DNA of 64,000 bases, taken from positions 14,012,001 through 14,076,000 of the forward strand of contig CM060732.1 of NCBI GenBank assembly GCA_030704615.1, written 5' to 3'. Origin of the DNA: Takakia lepidozioides. Taxonomy: Eukaryota > Plantae > Bryophyta. The notes under the pieces were generated by a model, which saw only the letters and a program-made list of their open reading frames with translations, did not search any database and was not told the DNA's origin. Of this stretch, positions 25,901-36,843 are shown in pieces (the first letter of the stretch is position 1; every line of letters begins with the position of its first letter). The position numbers and the translations under genes were made by a program.

Positions 25901-27110
25901 GAGGCAAAATCTGTGGAACGTGAAGTTGTGGAAGGAAGTTCTAAAGCCCGAAAATTGAATGACCTGTGTGATATTGTACATGAGTACATCATTCAGAACC
26001 ATCCTCGTCTATCAGTCATGTTGGGGTAAGAAATCTACTTCATTGACATTCAGATTTCCAAGTTTTAGTCATTTATCATTAGTTGGCATATGGCGTCTTT
26101 TCAAATCTCCCACGCCACCTCTGTCAATCTCCTGGCTGACCCTCGGATTGTGACAGGATATATGAAGCAGAGTCCACACGGATAGAAGCCAGACGACGCT
26201 TGTTTCGTGAGGAGCAAGGGCTGGAAGGCATGAGCAATCCCACGGCAATTCAGTACCCTCCTAATTTGCATCCTTGTCCTCCATTTGCTGTTTGGCTCCC
26301 TCAAGGTGTACGGGATCATCTCTCAATTCAATCAGATGGGCTTGATCCTACAACACGTGAGGAATTACTGGATCTTTCAAGGCCTCCATCATTTACTGCC
26401 CTGTCATTCAAGAGTATGACAGCGTATGGTAACCATTACAGGGTTACATCCCCCGGCATGAACACAACAAGTATGGTGTCTTTTGATTGTGGAGTCTCAT
26501 CTGTTTTCCAGCACCAGCCCATTACCAACAATTCAGGCAATGACATGGAGGAACCTACAAGATATGTGGGTCTTATAAGGGAGATTTTGCAAATTGACTA
26601 TGGCCAAACACAACCTATAGTGTTTTTGTGTTCGTGGTACGGGCGAGTCGCGTGGGTCGTCAACCTATGTCAATGAAGCAGGATGATGCTGGCTTCACAC
26701 TTGTCAATTTTAACCGTATGCTTCCACCTTCTGAGCAACCTTTTGTGTTTCCTGGCCAGGTTGATCAAGTGTTTTTTTCTGATTGTGTGAAGGAGCCGGG
26801 GTGGAAAGTCGTCCTGGAGAAGAGCCCCCGAGCACGTAGAGTGGTCTGCGACATATCAATTGATAATGATGATGTGGCGGAAGTGGAAGGATTGTTAGCC
26901 CCACAAAGACTAGAGGAGACTGTGGTTACTGATGGCCCAACATGCAGCCGAGCGGTACCGGTTACTCCAGAGCAGGTGGCCTCCTTGTACCTCCGAGCAC
27001 CCCGTATACGTGGTGATGATGTTCAGCCAACCCTTGGAGAAGATGAAGTCTGTGATGAAGACAGTGATACATGTAGTGACCCAGACATAGATGAGGATGA
27101 TGAAGATTAG
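22971..27110 (+). CDS. CACTA transposase (TnpD-like: transposase-associated, Transposase_21, DUF4218, DUF4216), frameshifted
   Basis: Exons 22971-23183, 23578-25039, 25141-26025, 26157-27110. Motifs LCNCDEC..VRNHYMIHG, IHACERGCVLFRG, FAAEPRSLRFGLALDGVNPY, YNLPPW, MHCEKN, MKSHDYHVLMQ, FPPSFFDVMTHLVVHL, WMYPMER, EQPFVFPGQVDQVFF. Frameshifts lie near 24345, 25432 and 26640. Confidence 0.93.
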
Positions 27111-27333
27111 ATATGCGCGATTTGTGCACTCCAGTTATAGACCATGCATGATAGTTTAAGGTGGTAACACTCCCTTCGCATTCCCATTAAGATATCATGC
27201 TTGGACACTGGATTTTATGATCAATTATGGAGTGCTTTCCTTTCAGCACCCTTTATTCATTTGTTGTTGCAATTGGCTTTGGACCAACCCGTGCTGGTAC
27301 CATTGCCATGGGTTTTGCCTGCAATGTTTTCTT

Positions 27334-27930
27334 GCCATGGATTCGGCACACGCCACGAAAGGCCATCCAGACCATCCTCTGGAAATGCTCCAATGTTGTT
27401 TCAAACATCTCCACATTGCAATGGATACAACACTGACATTAGATGAGTGAAAGTGAGACTAGACCTCCAGCCAGCCGGCTTTCCCACATCAAATTGAAGG
27501 GGATCTGTAGATTATAGATAACGGCTGTTGCCTTCTCAATGTCTTTTCCAATGACCTCTGCAATGAACTGGGGTATAAGATCCTTCAAATCACAAGTTTG
27601 AGCATCACGCACAAGCCACTTACGGGGATAGAGTTTCCAATGCGAACCATTGGTCTTTTATTGATAGCATTGTTGTAAAATACATGGACCAACATGGTCA
27701 ATTTCGGGAATGACATATAGTACGCTTTCATGTACTATGTAAGCATGCAACTATGTACCAGTGACGTGGCTTGTTCGCCACTTAACCTGTTTGCCCATTC
27801 AGCCAGCTCCACATTGTCATGGATTTTGCATGCTGGATTGTGAGGCCATCCACACCGTCCTCTGGAAATGCTATCATGGGGTTTCAGCTATGTCCACATT
27901 TCCCTGGATTATGCCTGCACGAAGCAAGGC
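27334..27930 (-). pseudogene. Captured PPR E-motif fragments inside the CACTA
   Basis: Minus-strand MVWMAFRGVCRIHG (27375-27334), IHCNVEMFE (27426-27400), TVWMA..ACKIHDNVELAEWA (27858-27792) and ALLRAGIIQGNVDIAE (27930-27883), compared with the consensus VWxALLGACRIHGNVELAE. Confidence 0.65.
27464..27612 (-). pseudogene. RPS3A: 40S ribosomal protein S3a (eS1) fragment, copy 1
   Basis: VRDAQTCDLKDLIPQFIAEVIGKDIEKATAVIYNLQ matches the eS1 C-terminal segment. Confidence 0.75.
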
Positions 27931-28220
27931 CAACTGCATTCAGCACCCTCCACTTTATTATAGTATTGCAGCAACATTCAAAGCACTTCAATTTGTATCC
28001 ATCGAAAACATCTAGGCTGGAAAAAGACATTGTTGCAGCAGAACTTAGGAAAGTACTTCTCCCCTTCCACTACACACGTGAAATGAAAGAAGCCAACCAA
28101 CAGCATACCAGCCAAGAAAATATGAAACCAGCCAAGAAAAGAGCCAATATATGCAGTGAAGGTCGACACTAAATGAAACTTATCCAACACTTACATTAGA
28201 GGAGGGAAGCTAAGTCTTAC

Positions 28221-28332
28221 CTCCATAAGCTTGCCCACATCAAATTTGGGAGCTTTCAGAATTTCTCCTTTCCGGTTGAATGAACTTGGCTACAAGATCC
28301 TTCAAATCGCAAGTTTGAGCTTCACACACAAT
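28221..28332 (-). pseudogene. RPS3A: 40S ribosomal protein S3a (eS1) fragment, copy 2
   Basis: IVCEAQTCDLKDLVAKFI..(deletion)..ILKAPKFDVGKLME followed by a GTAAG donor site. Confidence 0.8.
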
Positions 28333-30255
28333 GAACTTGCAGGGATTGAGCTTCCAATGCGAACCAGGAGTCTTATATTGATAGCATTGTTGTAAAACAC
28401 ATGGACCAACAATGACAGTCTCTGGAATGACATATAGTACAGTAATGACATATAGTACAACATGCCGCTTCCAGTTGACCATCTACCCATGTAGGTTTCT
28501 TGTACCTATCCTTCCACAGGGAATCATAGGTAATGTGGAGCTTGAAATCCAGCCCTCTTGGATGAATGTGGACCCACACTCTATCCCTGCTCCTTCAGCT
28601 ATCCATGCCTCTGACAGCCTACAATTCTACCAGCAAACACCCCAACCATACTGGTGTGGAGTTCTTCCCCAAAACACCCCAACCCTACTTATCACAATCT
28701 GAAATGCATCTGCTTCTCTCTGTAGTCCAACAGGCATTCGCCTTTTTGTCTCCATTGTCCCACCATTGGGGTCGGAAAGTGTTCACCCCAAAGCTTCTCC
28801 TCACCTCTATTATATGTTTTTGGATACTTCCCTGCTGCCACACTGGCAGTAACTTGCCAAAGTCACTCCAAACCACCACAGATGTACCCAACGACCTAAC
28901 TTACAGAATTCAATATGCATCTTGCGGCCGAGTCTGATGAGAGGGCAACACAGGCTGAAATAGGTTGAAGAAGAAGGTGCCCTACCACATTGTCCTTGAC
29001 CTGTCCTGACCCATGGAGGATTTGACCGATGACCTCTTGTGTGTGCTGCTTGTGTCTGTAGTCAGTAATGTTGGATTGGTCTGTCAGATCGAACCACTAC
29101 GGCGTAGATGAGTAGTCAGAGATTGAAACACGCTTGCTAAGACCAAGCTGACTCTCCCAAGAACGGCGAGCTCGCTTGTCCTCGTCTCGTCTCCTCCTCC
29201 TCTTCTCCTTCGTGCATCATTTGCTCAACGCCTCCATCCCACGCCCCTGCATATCCTGCTATCATCGCGTTCCATCCCTCAGCTATGTGGTGTGGCGCAG
29301 GAGACAAAAAGACGCCAAGTCCCAGCCCTCCTTTCTGTTCACGATTACACTAATGGGCAACCTTATTAGCAAAAAATTTAATTTTTTTAAACCTAATGGG
29401 CAACCTTATTTGCATTATATGTGCCTTCAAAATGACACGTGTAGTGATGTAGTCGTATAAATAGAGCTCTGAAACCATCTTCAGTCATGGAGTCATAAGA
29501 TTCCATGAAACGTCGTCCACGTGTAATCAAACATATCACACTAGTCATATAAACCATCCCTGTCATCATGGTCAACAATGTTTGACCAATGCTCCCTAAC
29601 TTTCCGGAGTCATATAGTGATATCCATTACTACAAAGTCATAAAACTAAAACTGTAATGCATTTCAGCGCTCTGTAGTCATGTACCTAGTGCAGTTTTTA
29701 TGACTCCGCCAAACCCGTAGTCCTAAAAACGCTCATCTCTTGTAGTGCTTCTTCCCGAGGTGTGGTTCTAGCTCCAGGCACTTGTTGATTCTGTGCTGCG
29801 ATGTCTTCTCAATTCTCCACTGCTTTTCTCTACGCTCTTCTCAGATTCTCTTAGAAGAGGTCTATCCTCTATTAGTAGCATTTCCACCTCTGCTTGATCT
29901 GGCACCAGCCTCTATAGCTCGTCTCTCTTCTCTGATCAGTTTAGCTAGCTAGTTTGCTAGAGTCACGGGAAAGTTTCCCCCCAGTAAGCCTTCACGGCCC
30001 CAGAAAATGGTTATTTTTTTCACTAATGTGACACTTCTTTTATTAATTTGTATTTAATTAACTTGTGTTATAAATTTTATAAATTTATAATTAGTACTAC
30101 TATTTATGGATCTCAACTAGACCATGTTTAGACAAATGCACCTCACAAGGAACTTTGACTTTGGGAAAAGGGTCGAATAAGACTACTCTACAAATGTATC
30201 CTGAGACTCAGGAGGTGAAGTTTGAGTTTACTTTTGAAGCAGAAGGGTGGACCAG

Positions 30256-32358
30256 TAATGCCCCTGCTACTTTTCAACGGGTGTTGACTGCAGCGTTTGA
30301 AGACTATTTGCGATTGTTTATGGAGATCTTCCTCGATGACTTATGTGTCTATAGTGATAAGGCCATCCATGCTGAGATGTTGGAGTTGTGCTTCCAGAAA
30401 TGTCAAGAGTATGGAATCTCTTTGAATGCAGGCAAATGCCAATTCTTGATTACAAAAGGGAAGTTATTGGGCCATATCGTATCTATTCGCGGTATATCGA
30501 CTGATCCCACTAAGGTTGAAATTATTATCCAATTGCCCACTCCCACTACAGTAACAGAGATAAGGGCGTTTCTTGGGCGTGTTGGTTATTATCGCCGTTT
30601 CGTCCATCGATATGCTGAGATTGCTTTACCTCTTACACAATTACTAAAGCACGATACAGAGCCGCAATGGACGCGAGAGTGTCAATGCTCTTTTAATGAA
30701 TTAAAGGGACGATTCAATAAAGGCACCGATTTTGATTTCCCCTGATTGGAATAAGGAGTTTCAAGTATATGTTGACGCCTCAAACTATGCAATTGGTAGT
30801 GTTTTGAGCCAGAAAGATGAAAAGTCTTTTGATCATCCAATTTATTTTGCGAGCCGTCAATTGGCTGCTGCAGAAGTAAATTATACTACCACCGAGAGGG
30901 AAGGTTTGGGCATGATCTATTCGGTTCAAAAGTTTCGCCATTATCTATTGGGATACCCTTTTGTTTTTCACGTGGATCACGATGCATTGAAGTATCTTAT
31001 AAATAAACCTCAATTGAGCAGACGAGTGGCTCGATGGGTTATTTTGTTACAAGAGTTTACTTTCAAAATCGGTTCGCCCTAGGCGCAAGCATGCCAATGC
31101 CGATCACTTAAGTCGCCTATCGAAGGAAATGGGAGAAGAGCCGATAGACGATTCCTTCCCAGACACCGCTTTTTTTGTGATCAAGATGTTATGACGGGGG
31201 AATACGCCCTTATTTTCAATTATTTGTCATTACAACAATTCCCTGAGGAGTACAAACAGAAGCGTCGATTGGTTGAAAAATCGTCCCCTTACTCAATTAT
31301 TGGAGAAACTTTATATAAGATTGGAAAAGATGGAGTTTTACGGCGTTGCATTATGGAAGCGGAAATTCCTACGATACTTGAAGGTTGTCATGCCGATTCT
31401 TGCGGTGGCCATTTTGCTGGCGATGCGACCGGCCGGAAGGTGTTATTATTAGGGTATTGGTGGCCCACACTGTTTAAAGATGCTTTTGCTTATGTACGTT
31501 GTTGTGATGCATGTCAACGAGTAGGAAAGCCAATTCGTTCCAGTTCAATGCCATTGGTTCCTATCTTGGCACGAGCGCCCTTTGAGAAGTGGGGCATCGA
31601 TTTTGTTGGACATATTGCTCCTCGCAATGGCCAATGTGTACGAAAATTCTTGTAGCAATAGAGTATGTGACTAAATGGGCCGAGGCGATGGCCACCCGTA
31701 CCGTAACTGCCAAAGTGGTCGCTCAATTTTTGTACAAAAATATTATTACGCGATTTGGATGCCCTTGCGAACTGGTGAGCGATCGTGGCACAATTTCTTG
31801 AATTCTACCATTGAGCAATTGACTGCTAAGTATGTGATTAAGCATCAGAAAACTACACCTATCATCCTCGTGCTAACGGGCAGACTGAGAAGACCAATGG
31901 GCTATTATGTGGAATTTTGACTAAAACTATTTCTGGAGCCTTTTCAACTTGTTTATGGACAGGAGGCGATTTTGCCTATCGAGTTGGAGATACCATCTCT
32001 CCGTATTGCTATCGAAGAGCGTCTAGGCCATAGTGCGTCCCTATCGGCTCGTTTGTTGCAGCTGGTTAAATTGGATGAACTTCGTCGACAGGCGTTACAA
32101 ACCATTGAAGTTACCCAATTGCGGCGGAAGGACTATTATGATAGCCGTCTTAAATCTAAAACGTTTAAAGCCCAAGATCTGGTCCTTATTTATGACAGCC
32201 GATTTCAAAAGTTTCCTGGCAAATTAAAGATGTGATGGCTTGGTCCATACCGCGTAGTGGAAGTTTTTCCAAATGGCTCAGTTCAATTGGCTACAATCAA
32301 TGGAGATCCTTTAATCACTCGCATTAATGGCGACCGTCTCAAATTATTTTATACCTAA
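30256..32358 (+). mobile_element. Degenerate Ty3/Gypsy (Athila/Tat-like, non-chromovirus) pol: RT-RNase H-integrase
   Basis: NAPATFQR, FLDDLCVY, FLGRVGYYRRF, VDASNYAIGSVL, NYTTTEREGL, CH..CGGHFAG..C..C, FEKWGIDFVG, YVTKWAEA, GPYRV. Domain order is RT-RH-INT, with multiple frameshifts and a truncated 5' end. Confidence 0.93.
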
Positions 32359-32708
32359 AAGCTTCTATGGGCACAATCTAGGTTACAGTGTGTGTGTGTG
32401 TGTGGGGGGGGGGGGGTCAGTTCTTTAGCCCTTTTTACTTATATACTTTTATGGTGCCATCATTAGTTGGTTAAAGTGCCACCGCCGTTTATTTCAGCCG
32501 ATAGATATGATAGTTATGATAGACGGTTAGCTTCATCGACTACAACGGAACGATCGTACCGGCAAATGTCAGCTGTTAGGTTAAGCCATCTTGTGTAATA
32601 AATAGGAGTGGGGCCATTCTTTCCATTCTCGTTTCATTGTTATGCATTGTCTTTTTTTGGGTTTGGTAGTTTGTTTCTAGTGTTGAGAGAGAGTTGCTAT
32701 AGGAGGAG

Positions 32709-32740
<32 letters not shown>

Positions 32741-32745
32741 TCAGA

Positions 32746-33392
32746 ATGGTGAAGAGAGTTGCTCAGCCGTCATTGCCGGGACCAGTCTCGGATGATGGTA
32801 GGAGAGTTGAGAACTTGTGACCTTACTATGATTCTGGGCGATCGGGAGCAGAAGGCCCTGTGGCGACAAGCAGGGATGTTGGAGTTCTTGCTTTTGACTG
32901 CGAAGGGTTTGCCGAAGGCCAGTATGGCCGCAGTCATGCAATTCTACAATTCTTATGATTCTAGCACTAAGAGTGGGGTAGTCAATGGGATTGAGATAGT
33001 GATTGATGCACGTACTGTTACAGAGGTCTTGCTATTTCCCTCAGCGGAGCATGAAGTCGATGGTTTTAAGGATGAGTCCTTTGTTCCTGAAGACCATTTC
33101 AAGGAGAATGCTTTCAATCAGTTTAGGGGGTTGGGCGATTTAGAAGGCATTGAAGCCAGAGATGATGGAGTGGATGAAGTTTGCTGCAAGTCGATTGGCA
33201 TTGAAAAGGGTAGCTACTTACATAGCCAGTTCGCAATTGAACTCTATAGTGGCGACATTTCTTGGGTTACAAATCAACTGGGCAGAGTTTGTTTGCGGAA
33301 AGATTCATGAGGAGGTGATGTCGAAGGGGAGGGGTGGGAAAACTGACATTCTCTTATGTGCGACCTATTTGTCCATGCTTTTGCAACATTGA
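32746..33392 (+). CDS. Accessory ORF downstream of pol (plant-transposon / plant-mobile-domain-like), frameshifted
   Basis: AVMQFYNSY...VNGIEIVIDARTVTEVLLFP...QINWAEFV...LLCATYLSMLL resembles the 3' accessory ORFs of Athila/Tat-type elements. It is in the same orientation as pol and about 390 bp after the integrase stop. Confidence 0.55.
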
Positions 33393-33419
33393 TTGAAGGT
33401 ACGTACTAAGTCACGAACT

Positions 33420-34116
33420 AGCGGTTAACACAGCTACCCATACAATAAATATGCCGACACAACCCCGCTTCTATATACCCCCCTCATGACGACTACCCAT
33501 GTCACCCCCCTCTTACACTATCACACTGGCTATACACAAATTCCCACCATCCCCAGTCCACACGTTCCGTCCCAGTCCCATGTGCTCACACCGCTAACCA
33601 CAACCCCCACGGATTCGGTCACATCTCTTCATACCTATTTACCACAACTACTCCCACACAAATCCCTATATCTGGTCAGCTCAATTGACCCTCCCTTCCT
33701 CTACCCCTCGCTAGACCACCCCTCTTCCCGTTGTCTGCCCTCCAGCTCCAGTACCCTCACCCTTTGGGACCACCTTAATTCAACTCCACCACATATTACT
33801 CCACGCAACCCCATCAAGATACCTTACAGACTACCCGTCAGTGATCCTCTCATCACCCACAGCCCCCACGGGCGCTATCTTCACCACCCCATGAAGTCCA
33901 AGCACCAACTTTGTCATCCCACTTTGCATGAAACCTCATATCGTAACTTATGCGTCACACTCACACTGCTTCGATGCGGAGATATCCACCCCCACCCGGG
34001 CCCCTCCTCTATTATTGACATTATCAGCCAACTACCTGATGACCCATAGGAACAATATGCACTCTATTTTCAACCGACACCATATCCCTTAAGCTCACCT
34101 ACCGACATCTATCCGA
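33420..34116 (+). mobile_element. 5' remnant of a C-rich non-LTR retrotransposon with a 2A-like motif
   Basis: Pro/Thr/His-rich ORF 33486-34049 containing LTLLRCGDIHPHPGP. It has the same sense-strand C-richness as the Dualen-like LINEs. Confidence 0.5.
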
Positions 34117-34127
34117 CCACTTCAGAA

Positions 34128-34435
34128 CGGAAATGTCGTGCCGCATTTCTATCCCGACTCATTGAAAGGAAGAGCCCGGACGGAAATGCGGCACCGCATT
34201 TCCATTCCACCATTTCATGAGTTACACCCAGAATGGAAAGGCGGTGCCGCATTTCCGTTCCACCTTTTCGTAAGTGAAGACCCCGGACGGAAATGCGGCA
34301 TCGCATTTCCATTCCACCCTTTCGTGATTTAGACTCAGAACGAAAATGCGGTGCGCATTTCCGTCAAGATGCTTTGAAAGGAAGACCCCGGACGGAAATG
34401 TGGCACCGCATTTCTGTTCCACCCTTTCGTGAGTT
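34128..34435. repeat. Array of six ~53-bp units, each with a palindrome of consensus GGAAATGCGG-CA-CCGCATTTCC
   Basis: Units start at 34128, 34181, 34234, 34288, 34341 and 34393. Spacers alternate between two related types. Confidence 0.9.
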
Positions 34436-34473
34436 ACAGAGAGAGAAGACTCCGGCCGAGGCCGGCGTAACTA

Positions 34474-36505
34474 AGAGCCACTTCGCCTTGCGGCTACTGC
34501 CCCCTTTCGGGGGTGGGCCCTATAAGTAATGCGGGTGTCCAGGGGACACCAGAAACCTGGGGATAGAGGTACCAGGGGGTACGCCGGGTACCCCAGAGTG
34601 GTACCCAGGGTACCCGAGGGTATCTGGAGTGTTGCGGGGGGCTATGGAGCCAAGAGTGGGTTAGATTCAAGTTGCCGCTTGTTTGTAATGATGGCTGTGA
34701 GAGAGCGAAGGGCTGTGAGGTGAATTGCCTTTAAACATTTGTGCATAGGGAATATGGGGATGTGGAAGTTATTGTGTAGTGCCGCTATGCTAGCATTGTG
34801 GATACCTCCTCGAGTGCCGGCTGTGATAACAAAGAGGGGGCCGGTATTCCAGCCCCTGCGGCGAAGAGCAATGATAAGTGGTGCATACTTTTGTCGTTTT
34901 TCTAAAATGGAGGAGGTGGGGTAATGATCATTGCAATTTGTGAATTCGACAAAATAGATGGTGACGTGTGGGGATGGGGAGGTAGGTGGCTGGGTGTTGA
35001 TGGGTAGTCCGTGAACGAGCAGGATGTCCGGGCATAGCCGGGCAGGACAGGTGCAAGGAGAGCGCGGGCATATGCATGGGAGTAGCCTTGGTGGGACAGT
35101 ATGGTCTGGAGGATTTCCTTGGTAGGTGCCGGCATTAACAAGTGACAGCCAACGGGTTTCTTTGCGTTGCATAAGGAGTTTGTGGATGTGCCAAACTGCC
35201 TGGTTATGACGGGTTATATGTAGACCGTGGATGACCCGGTGGGTACATTGGCTCAGAAGATGCGGCCATGTGTCTCTGACTTGGTGGGTGTGAGAGCATA
35301 GAGGGCAGTTTGGTGAGGGAAATAGGCGCGGCCAGAAGACATGTTTACGTTGGTGGCCCATGTATTGAGCGTATCGAAATTTAAGCGTTTGTTTAATTTG
35401 AGCATCAATCGCAGCTTTGGAGTGCCAGAATTAGTTGGAAGGTTTGTGATGGAGTATAGTGGAGAGTATCCATTTTTGAATGTGGATTTTGGTATGACTC
35501 ATAGATTTCCTAGCTTGCTGATTGGCCTCCTTAGTGAGGATGGTAAGGAGGTTACGTATAGGCTTAGGGTCTGGGGGGTTTGGGACTGGGTGTATTAGCC
35601 AGAATGGATGGGTGTGCGCAGTGTGAATAGGATCATTGGTGGGATCGACAAGGGGCTCGAAGCGCCAGTTTGAGCAAGGAGGTCAGCCTCCTCATTGCCA
35701 GCAATATTGGTATGTGAACGTACTTTCAGGAAGTGGATGGGTTGGTCCAAGTTTATTGCAAGTGTGATTATGGCTGCAATGAGGTTACGATCTAGGTGGT
35801 GGTGGTATGAGGAAGGGCAGGAGAGGTGGTTATGTATAAGGAAAAGTGATGTGAGACTGTCCGTGAAGATGTGGGGGGGGGGGGGGAGAATGAGGGTAAT
35901 TGGGAGAGAGCCACGTAGATGGCCATAAGCTCAGCATGGAGTATTGTAGCAGGCCCGGGGAGTCTAGCGGTTGTGCCTTGGTTTGAGGCAGTGGTTATGT
36001 ATAAGGAAAAGTGATGTGAGACTGTCCGTGAAGATGTGGGGGGGGGGGGGGGGGGGGAGAATGAGGGTAATTGGGAGAGAGCCACGTAGATGGCCATAAG
36101 CTCAGCATGGAGTATTGTAGCAGGCCCGGGGAGTCTAGCGGTTGTGCCTTGGTTTGAGGCAGTGGTTATGTATAAGGAAAAGTGATGTGAGACTGTCCGT
36201 GAAGATGGGGGGGGGGGGGGGGGGGGGGGAGAATGAGGGTAATTGGGAGAGAGCCACGTAGATGGCCATAAGCTCAGCATGGAGTATTGTAGCAGGCCCG
36301 GGGAGTCTAGCGGTTGTGCCTTGGTTTGAGGCAGTGTGATAAACGCCATACCCGACGTTGGCTCCTGTGTGGGAGCCATCGGTATAGTGAGAATGAAGCG
36401 ATAGGTACTTGAGGGGTATGTTGGTGATATGACGGTGGGGTAGCTGGTGTAGATGAGGGGACAGGGGGTGGGCGGGATGGTGCTTTAATCCAGGTTTTGC
36501 TCAGG
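34474..36505 (-). mobile_element. Dualen/RandI-like LINE 3' part: RNase H, CCHC, restriction-like endonuclease, structured 3' UTR
   Basis: RNase H motifs HYTDGS (about 36390-36373), TILHAELMAI, IFTDSLTS, KVRSHTNIAGNEEAD. These are followed by CPLC..HLLSQC..ITRHN and RLE CPDILL..FVEFT..KRQKY, with a stop at 34642. Confidence 0.8.
35826..36335. repeat. Near-identical triplication (~165-171 bp units) inside the LINE RNase H region
   Basis: Units start near 35826, 35991 and 36162 and differ almost only in poly-G length. Confidence 0.9.
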
Positions 36506-36509
36506 TTGA

Positions 36510-36843
36510 TTTTGGACATGGGCCGACGACATAGGCTACAGTAGAGGTCGCACTTGGGCCTCGACATAGGAGACGCATACATAGAAGATCTTACACTTGG
36601 GCCAATGGCACATGCTACCCTAGAGGTTGCATTTGGGCCTCGACATAGGAGACGCACTTGGATACATAGGGGATTGCACTTGGACTTAGATGATGACACT
36701 GGACGCTTGGGCCAACGACACAGGCTACCCTAGAGGTCGCATTTGGGCCTCGACATAAGAGACGCACTTGGATATATAGGGGATTGCACTTGGACTTAGA
36801 TGATGACATTGGAGACTTGGGTCAACGGCACAGGCTACCCTAG
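36510..36843 (+). mobile_element. Helitron-like 3'-terminal repeats (plus orientation)
   Basis: Reverse complement of the 9805 family; ends CTTGGGTCAACGGCACAGG-CTACC-CTAG|T at 36843/36844. Confidence 0.6.

Larger units (their letters stand above)
17148..29747. mobile_element. Complete CACTA (En/Spm) DNA transposon, 12,600 bp
   Basis: Left end CACTACAACAAATAAGTGTTTTTATGACT; right end (reverse complement) CACTACAAGAGATGAGCGTTTTTAGGACT. The 3-bp TSD CTT is at 17145-17147 and 29748-29750. ATGACT/AGTCAT subterminal repeats occur at both ends, and the element carries divergent TnpA-like and TnpD-like genes. Confidence 0.96.

Noticed and set aside
34128-34435. CRISPR array
   Set aside because: Eukaryotic context, no cas genes, and the spacers are related to each other rather than unique.
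34474-34521. Hammerhead or HDV-like ribozyme
   Set aside because: No CUGANGA/GAAA core and no HDV nested double pseudoknot could be drawn; kept only as an unnamed structured RNA.
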